Below are positions 21,368 to 31,226 of a stretch of DNA of 32,000 nucleotides, one piece after another. Each line of letters begins with the position of its first letter. The stretch's first letter is position 1. The notes beneath the pieces were generated by a model. That model was not told where the DNA came from. It worked only from the letters and a program-made list of their open reading frames with translations, and did no database searches. This DNA is from Halalkalibacterium halodurans (lineage in GTDB: Bacteria > Bacillota > Bacilli > Bacillales > Bacillaceae_D), in contig NZ_SNUY01000016.1 in NCBI RefSeq assembly GCF_004376175.1, positions 28,678 through 60,677 on the forward strand, in the 5' to 3' direction. Made by a program: the position numbers and the translations under genes.

Positions 21368-22705
21368 ATGGCGAAAAAAGGAAAGAGGGGCTTACGCTTT
21401 AGCTTGTCAGAAACACAGCTTGGCTATGCCATGGTAGCCCCAGCTTTAATACTCGTCATTGTGGTGACACTGTGGCCTGTGGCTTTATCCTTTTATAATA
21501 GTTTATTCGATTATCGATTAACGGACCCTACTCGGTCACAGACGATGCTCAGTTCGTCGGTAGATTTGGAAGCCTACGTGAACAACTATTATTATTTGGA
21601 TCGATCGTTGGATCACCTGTCGACCTCTAGTGCTCCAGAGCATCAAGATATCTTTCAGGACATCGAACAATCGATCCGCCAATATCATGAGCAGTTACAA
21701 GCGGACAGTCACGTTAAAGAACGCTATGCAACGGTTGAGGAAATGGTCAATAACTACGAACCCGTTCGGGATCAAAGCCTTAAGTACGCGAAGCTCGATC
21801 GTGACATTGCAGAAGGATATCAGGCGGAGTTAAGCGAAGTATTAGCAACGGTCGAACCGCTTATCACCGAAGCTAACCAAGAGCATGCTGAACTCTATCA
21901 AAACTTTTATCATTATGTGCAAAACATTGAAACAGCCATTCTAGAATCAAATTTTATCGGCTTTTCTCATTACATAAATTATGTTCAAGATAGTCGAATG
22001 TGGGCTGCCATGTCCAATACGTTATTTTTTACAGTGGTGTCCGTTGCTGCTGAGCTTGTACTAGGCCTTGCAATCGCCCTTTTGATTAACCGGACGTTTA
22101 AAGGGAGAGGTCTCGTCCGTGTCGCGGTCTTGATTCCGTGGGCGATTCCGACGGCAGTCGCGGCCATGATGTGGCGCTATTTATACGATGGTCAATTCGG
22201 AGTAATTGCCCACTATTTTGAACAGCTAGGGTTGATCTCAGATTCGTCTGTTCTTTTATCTACGGGTGCAGGCGCTATGTTCTCGATTATTTTCGCCGAT
22301 GTTTGGAAAACGACGCCGTATATGGCTTTGCTCCTTTTGGCAGGACTACAAACAATTCCGAATAGCTTGTATGAAGCAGCTAAGGTGGACGGGGCCAATC
22401 GGATTCAAACCTTTTTTAAAATTACGCTGCCTTTATTGAAATCGGCGATTTTAGTTGCGTTACTGTTCCGTACCCTTGATGCGTTCCGCGTCTTCGATTT
22501 AATTTTCGTTTTAACCGGGGGTGGACCAGCTAACTCAACCGAATCGATTTCGATTTATGCGTACCGTACGCTATTTTCTCAGCAAAATTTCGGCGCAGGG
22601 TCCGCCTTGTCGGTCATTGTCTTTTTATCGGTAGCGCTCATTAGTTTTGCATTTATTAAATTTATCGGCTCCGATCTATTTGAAGGCCGTACGAGGGGGT
22701 CATAG
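21368..22705 (+). CDS. Carbohydrate ABC transporter permease (MalF/ThuF-like) with a long extracytoplasmic insertion
   Basis: ATG at 21368 after AGAGGGTGG. It has the EAA loop (EAAKVDGANRIQTFFKITLPLL) and 6 TM helices. A hydrophilic segment of about 130-150 aa separates TM1 from the conserved FIGFSHY/NY motif. Confidence 0.88.
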   Translation: MAKKGKRGLRFSLSETQLGYAMVAPALILVIVVTLWPVALSFYNSLFDYRLTDPTRSQTMLSSSVDLEAYVNNYYYLDRSLDHLSTSSAPEHQDIFQDIEQSIRQYHEQLQADSHVKERYATVEEMVNNYEPVRDQSLKYAKLDRDIAEGYQAELSEVLATVEPLITEANQEHAELYQNFYHYVQNIETAILESNFIGFSHYINYVQDSRMWAAMSNTLFFTVVSVAAELVLGLAIALLINRTFKGRGLVRVAVLIPWAIPTAVAAMMWRYLYDGQFGVIAHYFEQLGLISDSSVLLSTGAGAMFSIIFADVWKTTPYMALLLLAGLQTIPNSLYEAAKVDGANRIQTFFKITLPLLKSAILVALLFRTLDAFRVFDLIFVLTGGGPANSTESISIYAYRTLFSQQNFGAGSALSVIVFLSVALISFAFIKFIGSDLFEGRTRGS

Positions 22706-22708
22706 GCG

Positions 22709-23530
22709 ATGAAAAAGAAGAGTGGAGCTTCGTTTTATTTCTTCTTGATAGTTTTTGTATTTCTCGTCATGTTCCCATTCATTTGGGTGTTCTTAACATC
22801 GATTAAACCTCCCCGTGAAATTTTTGCTTCGTTTGCTTGGTTTTCGGCCGAGCCAACGTTTCAATCGTACGTAAATGCTGTGAACAACCGGCCGTTGTTT
22901 ACGTATATGATGAACAGTTTTGTCATTTCTTCGCTCACAACATTGATTGCCATTGCTTGTGCATCCCTTGCTGCATACGCATTAACGAGGTTGCCGATTA
23001 AAGGAAAGGGCCTCATTCTCGGGACGGTTTTAGCAGCATCCATGTTCCCGCAAATTGCGATCATTACGCCGATTTATAGTTTTATTACTGACTTAGGCTT
23101 GCGTAATAGCTACTTCGGGTTAGTGATCCCGTATATTACGATCAGCCTTCCACTGGCCATCTGGATTTTAGCGACATTTTTTAAAAAGATTCCGTTCGAG
23201 CTGGAGGAATCGGCAAAGCTTGATGGTGCCACCCCATTTCAAACGTTTCGCAAAATCATTTTCCCACTCGCGGCACCAGGCGTGTTCACGACGGCGATTC
23301 TCGTGTTTATTGCGGCATGGAATGAGTATTTATTTGCGTTAACGATTAACACGGCAGACCGCTGGCGAACCGTACCAGTCGGCTTGTCACTTTATGAAAG
23401 TCAATATACGATTCCGTGGGGAGATATTACAGCCGCGACGGTTATCGTCACGGTTCCCATTGTCATCATCGTATTATTGTTCCAACGGCGAATTGTTGCC
23501 GGACTAACATCAGGGTCTGTAAAAGAATAG
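22709..23530 (+). CDS. Carbohydrate ABC transporter permease (MalG/ThuG-like)
   Basis: 273 aa with 6 TM helices and the EAA loop [21 protein letters not shown]. It starts 4 nt after the preceding stop. Confidence 0.92.
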   Translation: MKKKSGASFYFFLIVFVFLVMFPFIWVFLTSIKPPREIFASFAWFSAEPTFQSYVNAVNNRPLFTYMMNSFVISSLTTLIAIACASLAAYALTRLPIKGKGLILGTVLAASMFPQIAIITPIYSFITDLGLRNSYFGLVIPYITISLPLAIWILATFFKKIPFELEESAKLDGATPFQTFRKIIFPLAAPGVFTTAILVFIAAWNEYLFALTINTADRWRTVPVGLSLYESQYTIPWGDITAATVIVTVPIVIIVLLFQRRIVAGLTSGSVKE

Positions 23531-23538
23531 GAGCGTGT

Positions 23539-24267
23539 ATGAAAATGAACGTCTTGATTTGGAATGAGCACATTCATGAGCAAAACAACCCTCTCGTACA
23601 AAACGTGTACCCAGACGGCATTCATGGTGCGATCGCTTCGTGCTTTAAAGGAATGACAAACGTTCACGTACAGACAGCTACCCTTGCCGACAAAGAGCAC
23701 GGGTTAACAGAGGAGCAACTGGCTAAAACAGATGTACTTATATGGTGGGGACATGTTGCCCACGATCAAGTGGAGGATCCAATTGTCGATCGTGTGCAAA
23801 AAAGAGTGCTGGAAGGCATGGGACTGCTCGTCCTTCATTCAGGGCATTTTTCGAAAATTTTCAAGCGGCTGATGGGGACTTCTTGTGATTTAAAATGGCG
23901 TGAAGCAGATGAAAAAGAGCGGATTTGGGTCGTTGATCCAAGTCATCCGATTGCTGAAGGAATTGGTGAATCCATTGTCCTTGAAAAAGAAGAAATGTAC
24001 GGGGAGCATTTTGACATTCCTGTCCCTGATGAACTTGTGATGGTGAGTTGGTTTGAAGGAGGGGAAGTGTTCCGTAGCTGCGCAACGTATCGCCGTGGCA
24101 ACGGAAAAGTTGTTTACTTCAGGCCAGGACATGAAACATATCCGACCTATTACCATGAGGATATTCGTAAGGTTATTGTGAACTGTGTGAAGTGGCTCGC
24201 ACCTGTAAGGCGAGGTGGACCAGTTTACGGGAATGCCAAACCGCTTGAAACCATTTCAGAAAAGTAA
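23539..24267 (+). CDS. ThuA domain-containing protein (trehalose-utilisation-like, class I glutamine amidotransferase-like fold)
   Basis: The ATG at 23539 follows [19 protein letters not shown]...[10 protein letters not shown]...DVLIWWGH...LLVLHSGH is the ThuA family pattern. The upstream part of the 283-aa track ORF overlaps the permease gene and was rejected. Confidence 0.85.
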   Translation: MKMNVLIWNEHIHEQNNPLVQNVYPDGIHGAIASCFKGMTNVHVQTATLADKEHGLTEEQLAKTDVLIWWGHVAHDQVEDPIVDRVQKRVLEGMGLLVLHSGHFSKIFKRLMGTSCDLKWREADEKERIWVVDPSHPIAEGIGESIVLEKEEMYGEHFDIPVPDELVMVSWFEGGEVFRSCATYRRGNGKVVYFRPGHETYPTYYHEDIRKVIVNCVKWLAPVRRGGPVYGNAKPLETISEK

Positions 24268-24287
24268 GAAAATAACATGGAGAATGA

Positions 24288-25352
24288 ATGGAAGGGAGAG
24301 GGATTCACTTGAAAACATTACGAGTTGCTGTCATTGGTTGCGGCAGTATTGCCCAACATCGACATTTACCAGAGTATGAACAAAATCCTCATACGACCAT
24401 TGTGGCCGTCTGTGATCCTGTTGAGGAACGGGCTAAAAAGGTAGCAAAATTATATGGAGCTATCGCTTACACTGACCACATGCAACTGTTGGAAAAGGAA
24501 GAGATTGATCTCGTGAGTGTTTGCACACCAAATGCATACCACGCTCCTATATCAATCGACGCCTTGAAGGCAGGGACACACGTTTTATGTGAGAAGCCGA
24601 TGGCCACGTCGGCAGAGGAGTGCGAGGCGATGATTAAGGCGGCAGAAGAGGCGGGTATGTGCTTAATGATTGGGCACAACCAACGGTTTGTTTCGTCTCA
24701 CGAGAAAGCGAGACAGCTCATTGCAACGGGGGACATCGGGAAAATTTACAGCTTCCGCACCACTTTTGGCCATGGCGGTCCCGAAGGTTGGAGTGTGGAT
24801 GGTGAAAATAGCTGGTTCTTCAAAAAAGATCAGGCTTTCATCGGGGCGATGGGTGATCTCGGTGTACATAAAGCCGATTTGCTTCGCTACCTTCTCGGGG
24901 AAGAAGTAGTTGAAGTGGGAGCGTTTGTGACGACTAGCGCGAAGCAGGGAGATGTGGATGATAATGCCGTTGCCATTTTAAAAACAGAATCAGGGATTGT
25001 TGGTACACTTACGGCAAGCTGGTCTTACGTAGCAAAAGAGGATAATTCGACGATTCTGTATGGAGAAAACGCCATCCTTCGATTAGAGGACGATCCTCAC
25101 TATTCCCTTATCGTTCACTATAAAAATGGAGAAACCGTGAAATACGAATTAGGGCAAATACAGTCAAATGATGAAGGGGGTCAGACCGATTCTCGGGTGA
25201 TCGCTCATTTTGTTAATAGTGTACTCGAGGGAAAAGAGCCACCGATTTCTGGAAAAGAAGGGTATGCGTCGTTAAACATCATTTTAGCAGCGATGGAGGC
25301 AAGCAGAACGGGGCGAACGATTAAGTTATATGTAGGAGGTATCGGACGATGA
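24288..25352 (+). CDS. Gfo/Idh/MocA family NAD(P)-dependent oxidoreductase
   Basis: N-terminal Rossmann motif LRVAVIGCGSIAQHRHLPEY and the catalytic region EKP. The start may instead be the TTG at 24309 (LKTLRVAVIG), which follows GGGAGAGGG. Confidence 0.9.
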   Translation: MEGRGIHLKTLRVAVIGCGSIAQHRHLPEYEQNPHTTIVAVCDPVEERAKKVAKLYGAIAYTDHMQLLEKEEIDLVSVCTPNAYHAPISIDALKAGTHVLCEKPMATSAEECEAMIKAAEEAGMCLMIGHNQRFVSSHEKARQLIATGDIGKIYSFRTTFGHGGPEGWSVDGENSWFFKKDQAFIGAMGDLGVHKADLLRYLLGEEVVEVGAFVTTSAKQGDVDDNAVAILKTESGIVGTLTASWSYVAKEDNSTILYGENAILRLEDDPHYSLIVHYKNGETVKYELGQIQSNDEGGQTDSRVIAHFVNSVLEGKEPPISGKEGYASLNIILAAMEASRTGRTIKLYVGGIGR

Positions 25353-26317
25353 AGTTAGGTGTATTTACGGTTCTCTATGGAAACCTTTCTTTCACTGAGA
25401 TGCTTGATAAAGTGAAAGGAGCGGGTGTGCAAGCAGTGGAAATCGGAACGGGCGGCTATCCTGGGGATGCGCACTGTCCAAGACAAGAACTTTTAACAAG
25501 CGCGGAAAAACGTAAGCGGTATCAAGAGGAGCTTGAACAGCGTGGTCTGCTCCTTGGTTCATTTAGTTGTCATGGCAACCCCTTGTCTCCGGATGAAGCA
25601 TGTCGAAAAGAGAGCGATCAAGCGCTTCGTGAAACGATTGAACTGGCAGGGAAAATGAACGTTCCCGTCGTCAACTGTTTCTCGGGAACAGCAGGTGATC
25701 ATGAAGGGGCTAAATATCCGAACTGGCCTGTCGCCCCTTGGCCGAACGAATATCGTCACATTCTTGAATGGCAGTGGGAAGAGAAGCTTATCCCGTACTG
25801 GAAGGAGATTGGTGCATGGGCCGAGACGCATGGCGTGAAGGTGGCGTTAGAACTCCACGGCGGTTTTCTCGTCCATACGCCGTATACCCTGCTCACATTG
25901 CGTAAAGCGACGTCTCCGGCGATCGGCGCTAATTTAGACCCGAGCCATCTTTGGTGGCAAGGAATTGACCCTGTGGCTGCGATCAAAATTCTCGGACGTG
26001 AGGGTGCGATTCATCATTTTCATGCAAAGGATACTTTTATTGACCAAGAGCAAGTCAATATGTATGGATTAACCGATATGCAACCATATGCGCATATTCA
26101 AACTCGAGCATGGAATTTCCGCTCAGTCGGCTGCGGCCATGATTTACATGAGTGGACGCAGATGATTAGCGCTTTACGCACATACGGTTACGATCATGTG
26201 ATTAGCATTGAGCACGAAGATCCGCTTATGTCCATAGATGAAGGATTTGAGACGGCGGTTCGTAACTTAAAACCGCTGCTCATTAAAGAAAAACCGACCG
26301 AGATGTGGTGGGCTTAA
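25349..26317 (+). CDS. Sugar phosphate isomerase/epimerase (xylose isomerase-like TIM barrel) family protein
   Basis: 322 aa. MKLGVFTVLY...AGVQAVEI..., ALELH and SIEHED metal-ligand motifs are typical of AP endonuclease 2/xylose-isomerase-like TIM barrels. ATGA overlap with the oxidoreductase gene. Confidence 0.85.
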   Translation: MKLGVFTVLYGNLSFTEMLDKVKGAGVQAVEIGTGGYPGDAHCPRQELLTSAEKRKRYQEELEQRGLLLGSFSCHGNPLSPDEACRKESDQALRETIELAGKMNVPVVNCFSGTAGDHEGAKYPNWPVAPWPNEYRHILEWQWEEKLIPYWKEIGAWAETHGVKVALELHGGFLVHTPYTLLTLRKATSPAIGANLDPSHLWWQGIDPVAAIKILGREGAIHHFHAKDTFIDQEQVNMYGLTDMQPYAHIQTRAWNFRSVGCGHDLHEWTQMISALRTYGYDHVISIEHEDPLMSIDEGFETAVRNLKPLLIKEKPTEMWWA

Positions 26318-26392
26318 GGAAATAGGTACGATTTGTAAAAAGGATCACCGTCATATGGACGCGATGATTCTAACGGTGAGGAATGATGTCAC

Positions 26393-27409
26393 ATGGCGAC
26401 GATTAAAGAGGTAGCCCAATTAGCTGGATTATCGCGAACAACGGTTTCTCGTGTCATAAACAACCACCCATACGTTTCCGATGAGAAACGACAACAGGTT
26501 CTCGATGCGATGAAGCAACTTGGCTATGTTCCAAATTCCTCTGCACAGAGATTGAGGCGAAATAAAACGGAGACGATCGCCGTTGTCATCTCGCGCATCG
26601 TGAATCCTTTTTTTAGTGGATTAGTTGATGAAATGGAGCGTGTTGCTTCAGAACACGGCTATCAGCTTATTCTTTGCAACACGAGACAGAGCAAGGAAAA
26701 AGAATTAAGCTATTTAGAATTGCTGCGAACGAAGCAAGTCGACGGGATCATCATGGCTTCAATGCAAAATGAATGGGAAGTAATCGAGCCCTATACGGCT
26801 TACGGACCGATGGTCGCCTGCAACGAATATCGCCCGGGAATGTCGATCCCTCTCGTTCGTTTAAATCAAGAGGAAGCGGGCTATGTGGCGACTAAGCACC
26901 TTCTAGAGCTAGGGCATAGGAAAATTGCGTGTCTTGCTGGGAATAAGGCGATCCCGTTATCGGAAGATCGAAAAGCTGGCTATCTCCGTGCTTTACAAGA
27001 ATACGGAATCAAGGTGAAGGAGGAGTGGACATATTACCACGCCTTCTCCATTGATGACGGCAAGCGGTGGTTTCGCCTGTTTCAAACAATTGAAACAAAT
27101 ACCCGTCCGACCGCTGTGTTTACAGGAAGTGATGAAGTGGCGGCAGGGATCTTAAGTGAAGCGAAGGTCCACGGATGGAACATCCCAAAGGATTTAGCGA
27201 TTGTTGGTTTTGACAACCAACAAATTGCCACCCTAGTCACCCCAAGATTAACGACCATTGAACAACCCATTTCTCTCATTGGTCGCCGAGCATTAGAGGT
27301 GATGTTTATGCTTCTTGATGAGCAGATAAACGACCTTCCTCCTTTTGAGGAACGTTTACCGTTCCGCCTCATTGTCAGGGAGTCGACGGTTCTTGCGATA
27401 AACATGTAA
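26393..27409 (+). CDS. LacI family transcriptional regulator
   Basis: N-terminal HTH MATIKEVAQLAGLSRTTVSRVINNHPYVS followed by a periplasmic-binding-protein-like sugar-sensing domain. Confidence 0.93.
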   Translation: MATIKEVAQLAGLSRTTVSRVINNHPYVSDEKRQQVLDAMKQLGYVPNSSAQRLRRNKTETIAVVISRIVNPFFSGLVDEMERVASEHGYQLILCNTRQSKEKELSYLELLRTKQVDGIIMASMQNEWEVIEPYTAYGPMVACNEYRPGMSIPLVRLNQEEAGYVATKHLLELGHRKIACLAGNKAIPLSEDRKAGYLRALQEYGIKVKEEWTYYHAFSIDDGKRWFRLFQTIETNTRPTAVFTGSDEVAAGILSEAKVHGWNIPKDLAIVGFDNQQIATLVTPRLTTIEQPISLIGRRALEVMFMLLDEQINDLPPFEERLPFRLIVRESTVLAINM

Positions 27410-27477
27410 ATTGAGTGAAAGAAATGGAAGAGTTTTGACCATGCTAGAACTAATAGACGCTTGAAAGGAGAAGCACT

Positions 27478-27651
27478 ATGCGTTCTAGTATTCGTCCAGC
27501 TACGTTGGAGCAGCGGTTGCCTGTCTCACCATGGTTCGAAATCGGTGAGTTAATGGGCGAGCACCAAAGGCTTGAGCAAGAGGTCGTGTCCCCTAATGGA
27601 ATAATGCCACATGACGCCAAACGGTCCCGCTGTAATCATAGAAGACAATAA
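27478..27651 (+). CDS. Hypothetical 57-aa ORF (below the track cutoff)
   Basis: ATG 7 nt after a strong SD (AAAGGAG). It translates to MRSSIRPATLEQRLPVSPWFEIGELMGEHQRLEQEVVSPNGIMPHDAKRSRCNHRRQ. The TAA stop lies 4 nt before the hisS -35 box. I recognise no family, and it may be a gene remnant. Confidence 0.3.
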   Translation: MRSSIRPATLEQRLPVSPWFEIGELMGEHQRLEQEVVSPNGIMPHDAKRSRCNHRRQ

Positions 27652-27655
27652 CCTA

Positions 27656-27684
27656 TTGACACAGCTTGCGTTCATTCGTATGAT
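27656..27684 (+). promoter_or_regulatory. SigA promoter of the hisS-aspS operon
   Basis: TTGACA (27656-27661), 17-nt spacer, TATGAT (27679-27684). Confidence 0.75.
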
Positions 27685-27689
27685 AGTAA

Positions 27690-27968
27690 GCAACAACATA
27701 CTGCGAATGGTTTCCGATGAAGAGGAAAAGTAATTAAGATCTGTTTTCAAAGAGAGGAAGGTCAGCGGCTGAAAGCCTTCTAAAACAGCCTTAATGAATG
27801 AACACCTTTGAGGAGTCTTTCTGAACGCAATCGTTAGTAGGAGAGAACGTAGGCAGGCGTTATCTGCATTTGAGTGGAAGCATGTCATATCATGCTTCAA
27901 TTAGGGTGGCACCACGGGAATCAACTCTCGTCCCTGATGGATAATACATCAGGGGTGGGAGTTTTTTA
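27690..27968 (+). promoter_or_regulatory. T-box riboswitch leader, histidine specifier
   Basis: Stem I elements are present: GATGAAGAGG...AGTA, an AGAGA box at 27751, and the distal loop GGTCAGCGGCTGAAAG. The specifier-loop GAA is followed by CAC (His) at 27803-27805. The conserved T-box AATTAGGGTGGCACCACGGG is at 27899-27918. A 16-bp terminator stem (27924-27962) is followed by TTTTTT. Confidence 0.9.
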
Positions 27969-28075
27969 TTTGTCCTTTTACATAACGTCGCAAGATCAAA
28001 AAGGATACCCGTTATTTCGAATCTTCTAGGTTTGGGGACAAGCCGAGTTTTTCTAATAAAATGGAGGGAATAACA

Positions 28076-29362
28076 ATGGCGATACAGATTCCGAGAGGAA
28101 CACAAGACATTTTGCCAGGAGATGTGGAAACATGGCAATGGATTGAGCAAAAAGCATACGACCTATGTCGGCGCTACAATTATCAAGAAATTCGCGTCCC
28201 GATGTTTGAACATACGGAGTTATTTTTACGCGGTGTCGGTGATACGACCGATATTGTGCAAAAAGAGATGTACACGTTTGAAGATCGCGGTGGGAGAAGC
28301 TTGACCCTACGCCCAGAAGGTACGGCTTCTGTCACACGCGCCTATGTTTCGAATAAACTATACGGACAAGCGAATCAACCGACGAAGTTGTTTTATATCG
28401 GGCCAATGTTCCGTTATGAGCGGCCGCAATCAGGACGGATGCGGCAGTTTGTTCAGTTTGGTGTAGAAGCACTAGGAAGCGCTGATCCTGCTATTGATGC
28501 AGAAGTGTTGGCCCTTGTGATGAGATTTTACGAAGAGCTTGGACTAAAAAATCTAAAGCTCGTGATCAATAGCCTAGGAGATACGGATAGCCGACTTGCC
28601 CACAGAGAAGCACTCGTCAACCACTTTAAGCCAAGAATTCATGAATTTTGCAACGATTGTCAGGATCGCCTAGAAAAAAATCCACTTCGCATCTTAGACT
28701 GTAAAAAGGATCGGGATCATGAGCTGATGGGAACGGCCCCGTCGATTCATGACTATCTATCCACAGAATCAAAGGCCTATTTCGAAAAGGTGCAATCGTA
28801 TTTAACCGCATTAAATATTCCGTTTGTCGTTGATGCGACCCTTGTTCGTGGCCTTGATTATTACAATCATACAGCCTTTGAAGTGATGGTGGATGGGGAA
28901 GCCTTTGGTGCGATTACGACCCTTTGTGGTGGTGGTCGTTACAACGGATTAGTCGAGGAGATCGGTGGACCGGAAACACCAGGAATTGGGTTCGCCCTTT
29001 CGATCGAACGGGCGATTATGGCGTTGGAGGCTCAACAGGCTAAACCTGCCCACAACCAAGCGATTGATTGCTATGTTGTCACGCTAGGGGAAGCGGCCAA
29101 AGATAAAGGGGTCGAACTCGTCTATCAACTAAGAAATGCTGGCATTTCCGCAGAGAAAGATTATTTAGACCGGAAAATGAAAGGGCAACTAAAGGCGGCA
29201 GATCGCCTTCACGCGAAATGGACCGTTATTTTAGGCGAGGATGAGCTGGCGGTAGGTAAAGTCAATGTGAAAAATATGGAAACAGGAGAGCAGACAGATG
29301 TCGCGCTAACTGATTTAGTCTCACATATGAAACAACAAGTCGAAGGAGGAAACGAATCATGA
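28076..29362 (+). CDS. hisS: Histidine--tRNA ligase
   Basis: The ATG at 28076 follows GGAGGG by 7 nt. [14 protein letters not shown], class II motifs ([21 protein letters not shown]) and a C-terminal anticodon-binding domain are present. Confidence 0.96.
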   Translation: MAIQIPRGTQDILPGDVETWQWIEQKAYDLCRRYNYQEIRVPMFEHTELFLRGVGDTTDIVQKEMYTFEDRGGRSLTLRPEGTASVTRAYVSNKLYGQANQPTKLFYIGPMFRYERPQSGRMRQFVQFGVEALGSADPAIDAEVLALVMRFYEELGLKNLKLVINSLGDTDSRLAHREALVNHFKPRIHEFCNDCQDRLEKNPLRILDCKKDRDHELMGTAPSIHDYLSTESKAYFEKVQSYLTALNIPFVVDATLVRGLDYYNHTAFEVMVDGEAFGAITTLCGGGRYNGLVEEIGGPETPGIGFALSIERAIMALEAQQAKPAHNQAIDCYVVTLGEAAKDKGVELVYQLRNAGISAEKDYLDRKMKGQLKAADRLHAKWTVILGEDELAVGKVNVKNMETGEQTDVALTDLVSHMKQQVEGGNES

Positions 29363-31146
29363 TCGGACGTACGCATCATTGCGGACAACTATCAGAGGAG
29401 CAAGTGAACGAGCGAGTTCAATTAAAAGGATGGGTGCAACGAAGAAGAGATTTAGGGCAGGTCATTTTTGTTGATTTACGGGACCGCTCGGGTGTCGTTC
29501 AGCTCGTGTTCAACAGCGATATTTCACAGGAGGCACTTGAGACAGCAGAGAAGGTGCGCAATGAGTACGTCCTTGATGTGGAAGGAGTTGTCTTAAAAAG
29601 GGACCCAAGTACAGTCAATGACAAAATTGCGACAGGAACCATCGAGGTTCATGTAGAGCGCCTGACAATTTTAAATAAAGCGAAATCACTCCCGTTTCAA
29701 ATTGAAGCGAACACGGACGCGTCAGAAGACATTCGCTTAAAGTATCGTTACTTGGATCTTCGTCGTCCAGACATGCAGGAGACGATGAAGCTCCGTCATC
29801 AAACAACAAAGCTTATTCGCGATTTTCTTGATGGACAGGAGTTTTTTGAAATTGAAACACCCATGTTGACGAAAAGTACACCGGAAGGCGCTCGCGACTA
29901 TTTAGTGCCGAGTCGGGTCCATCACGGGGAATTTTACGCATTGCCCCAATCACCGCAAATTTTTAAGCAACTTCTTATGGTTTCAGGGTTTGAGCGTTAT
30001 TATCAAATTGTTCGCTGCTTCCGTGATGAGGATTTACGGGCTGATCGCCAGCCAGAGTTTACTCAAATCGATATTGAGACGTCCTTTATGGATAAAGAAG
30101 ATTTGCTTACGATGACGGAAAACATGATGGCAAAAATCATGAAAGAAGTAAAAGGGCTCGACGTCGCTTTGCCGTTCCCACGAATGACGTATGACGATGC
30201 GATGAACCGATATGGCTCAGATAAGCCAGACACTCGTTTTGAAATGGAACTCATTGAACTGTCTGACATTGTGAAAGATAGTGACTTTAAAGTATTCTCA
30301 AGTGCTATCAAGAGTGGCGGAATTGTTAAAGGCCTAAACTTGAAAGGCGGAGCAGGAAGCCTGTCCCGTAAAGAGATCGACGGGCTTGCCGAGTTTGTCA
30401 AACCATACGGCGCGAAAGGGTTAGCTTGGTTGAAGGTAGAAGAAGATGAGCTGAAAGGCCCGATTGCGAAGTTCTTTGCAGGAGAGACTGGTGCTGAGTT
30501 ACAGCAAGCGATGGGGGCAGAGGATGGAGACTTGCTGTTCTTTGCTGCTGACAAAAAGGAAGTCGTCTTCGATAGCCTTGGTGCTCTTCGCTTAAAGCTA
30601 GGTAAAGATTTCAACTTGATCGACGAGTCGAAATTTAACTTCCTATGGGTTGTGGACTTTCCACTTGTTGAATACGATGAAGAGGCGAAGCGATTCGTCG
30701 CCCTCCACCATCCGTTTACAAGTCCGAAGCAAGAAGATTTAACGAAGCTTGAAACAGATCCAGCGAGCGTTCGCGCCGATGCCTATGACCTTGTGTTAAA
30801 CGGTTATGAGCTTGGAGGTGGAAGCCAAAGGATTTATCAGCGCCCGGTTCAGGAGAAAATGTTTGCGGCTCTAGGCTTCACAGAAGAGGGTGCCCAAAAA
30901 GAATTTGGCTTTTTGCTTGAAGCGTTTGAATATGGGACCCCGCCACATGGAGGAATTGCTCTTGGGCTTGACCGACTCGTCATGCTTTTAGCTGGTCGCT
31001 CGAACCTTCGTGATACTATTGCGTTTCCGAAAACAGCAAGCGCAAGTTGTTTGTTAACAGAAGCGCCAGGAGAAGTTAGTCTAGAACAACTGCTCGATTT
31101 AAATTTATCAATTATTGGTCATAAGCCAGATAAAGTAAACGTGTGA
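29359..31146 (+). CDS. aspS: Aspartate--tRNA ligase
   Basis: 595 aa, [11 protein letters not shown]..., with an OB-fold N-domain, class II motifs ([31 protein letters not shown]) and the bacterial insertion domain. ATGA overlap with hisS. Confidence 0.97.
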   Translation: MIGRTHHCGQLSEEQVNERVQLKGWVQRRRDLGQVIFVDLRDRSGVVQLVFNSDISQEALETAEKVRNEYVLDVEGVVLKRDPSTVNDKIATGTIEVHVERLTILNKAKSLPFQIEANTDASEDIRLKYRYLDLRRPDMQETMKLRHQTTKLIRDFLDGQEFFEIETPMLTKSTPEGARDYLVPSRVHHGEFYALPQSPQIFKQLLMVSGFERYYQIVRCFRDEDLRADRQPEFTQIDIETSFMDKEDLLTMTENMMAKIMKEVKGLDVALPFPRMTYDDAMNRYGSDKPDTRFEMELIELSDIVKDSDFKVFSSAIKSGGIVKGLNLKGGAGSLSRKEIDGLAEFVKPYGAKGLAWLKVEEDELKGPIAKFFAGETGAELQQAMGAEDGDLLFFAADKKEVVFDSLGALRLKLGKDFNLIDESKFNFLWVVDFPLVEYDEEAKRFVALHHPFTSPKQEDLTKLETDPASVRADAYDLVLNGYELGGGSQRIYQRPVQEKMFAALGFTEEGAQKEFGFLLEAFEYGTPPHGGIALGLDRLVMLLAGRSNLRDTIAFPKTASASCLLTEAPGEVSLEQLLDLNLSIIGHKPDKVNV

Positions 31147-31160
31147 TCAAAATCTTTTCA

Positions 31161-31189
31161 TTGACAGGCGGATATTTCCTGCTTATAAT
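31161..31189 (+). promoter_or_regulatory. Consensus SigA promoter driving the S-box leader
   Basis: TTGACA (31161-31166), exactly 17 nt, TATAAT (31184-31189). Both hexamers are perfect. Confidence 0.8.
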
Positions 31190-31226
31190 GGCAATCAAGA
31201 TCAAGTGAAAAGTGATAATAAAAAGA

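Noticed and set aside
23416-23538. Long N-terminal extension of the ThuA-like ORF overlapping the permease 2 gene
   Set aside because: The extension is Cys/Arg/His-rich and out of character. The ATG at 23539 has an SD and gives the canonical ThuA N-terminus [10 protein letters not shown].
27550-28150. Two minus-strand ORFs (116 aa and 86 aa) covering the hisS upstream region
   Set aside because: The region is fully explained as a promoter plus a His T-box leader on the plus strand. The ORFs are antisense to conserved RNA elements.
30063-30614. 183-aa ORF on the minus strand inside aspS
   Set aside because: It is a Ser/Pro/Lys-rich low-complexity translation antisense to a highly conserved synthetase gene. 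It has no RBS and no recognisable domain.
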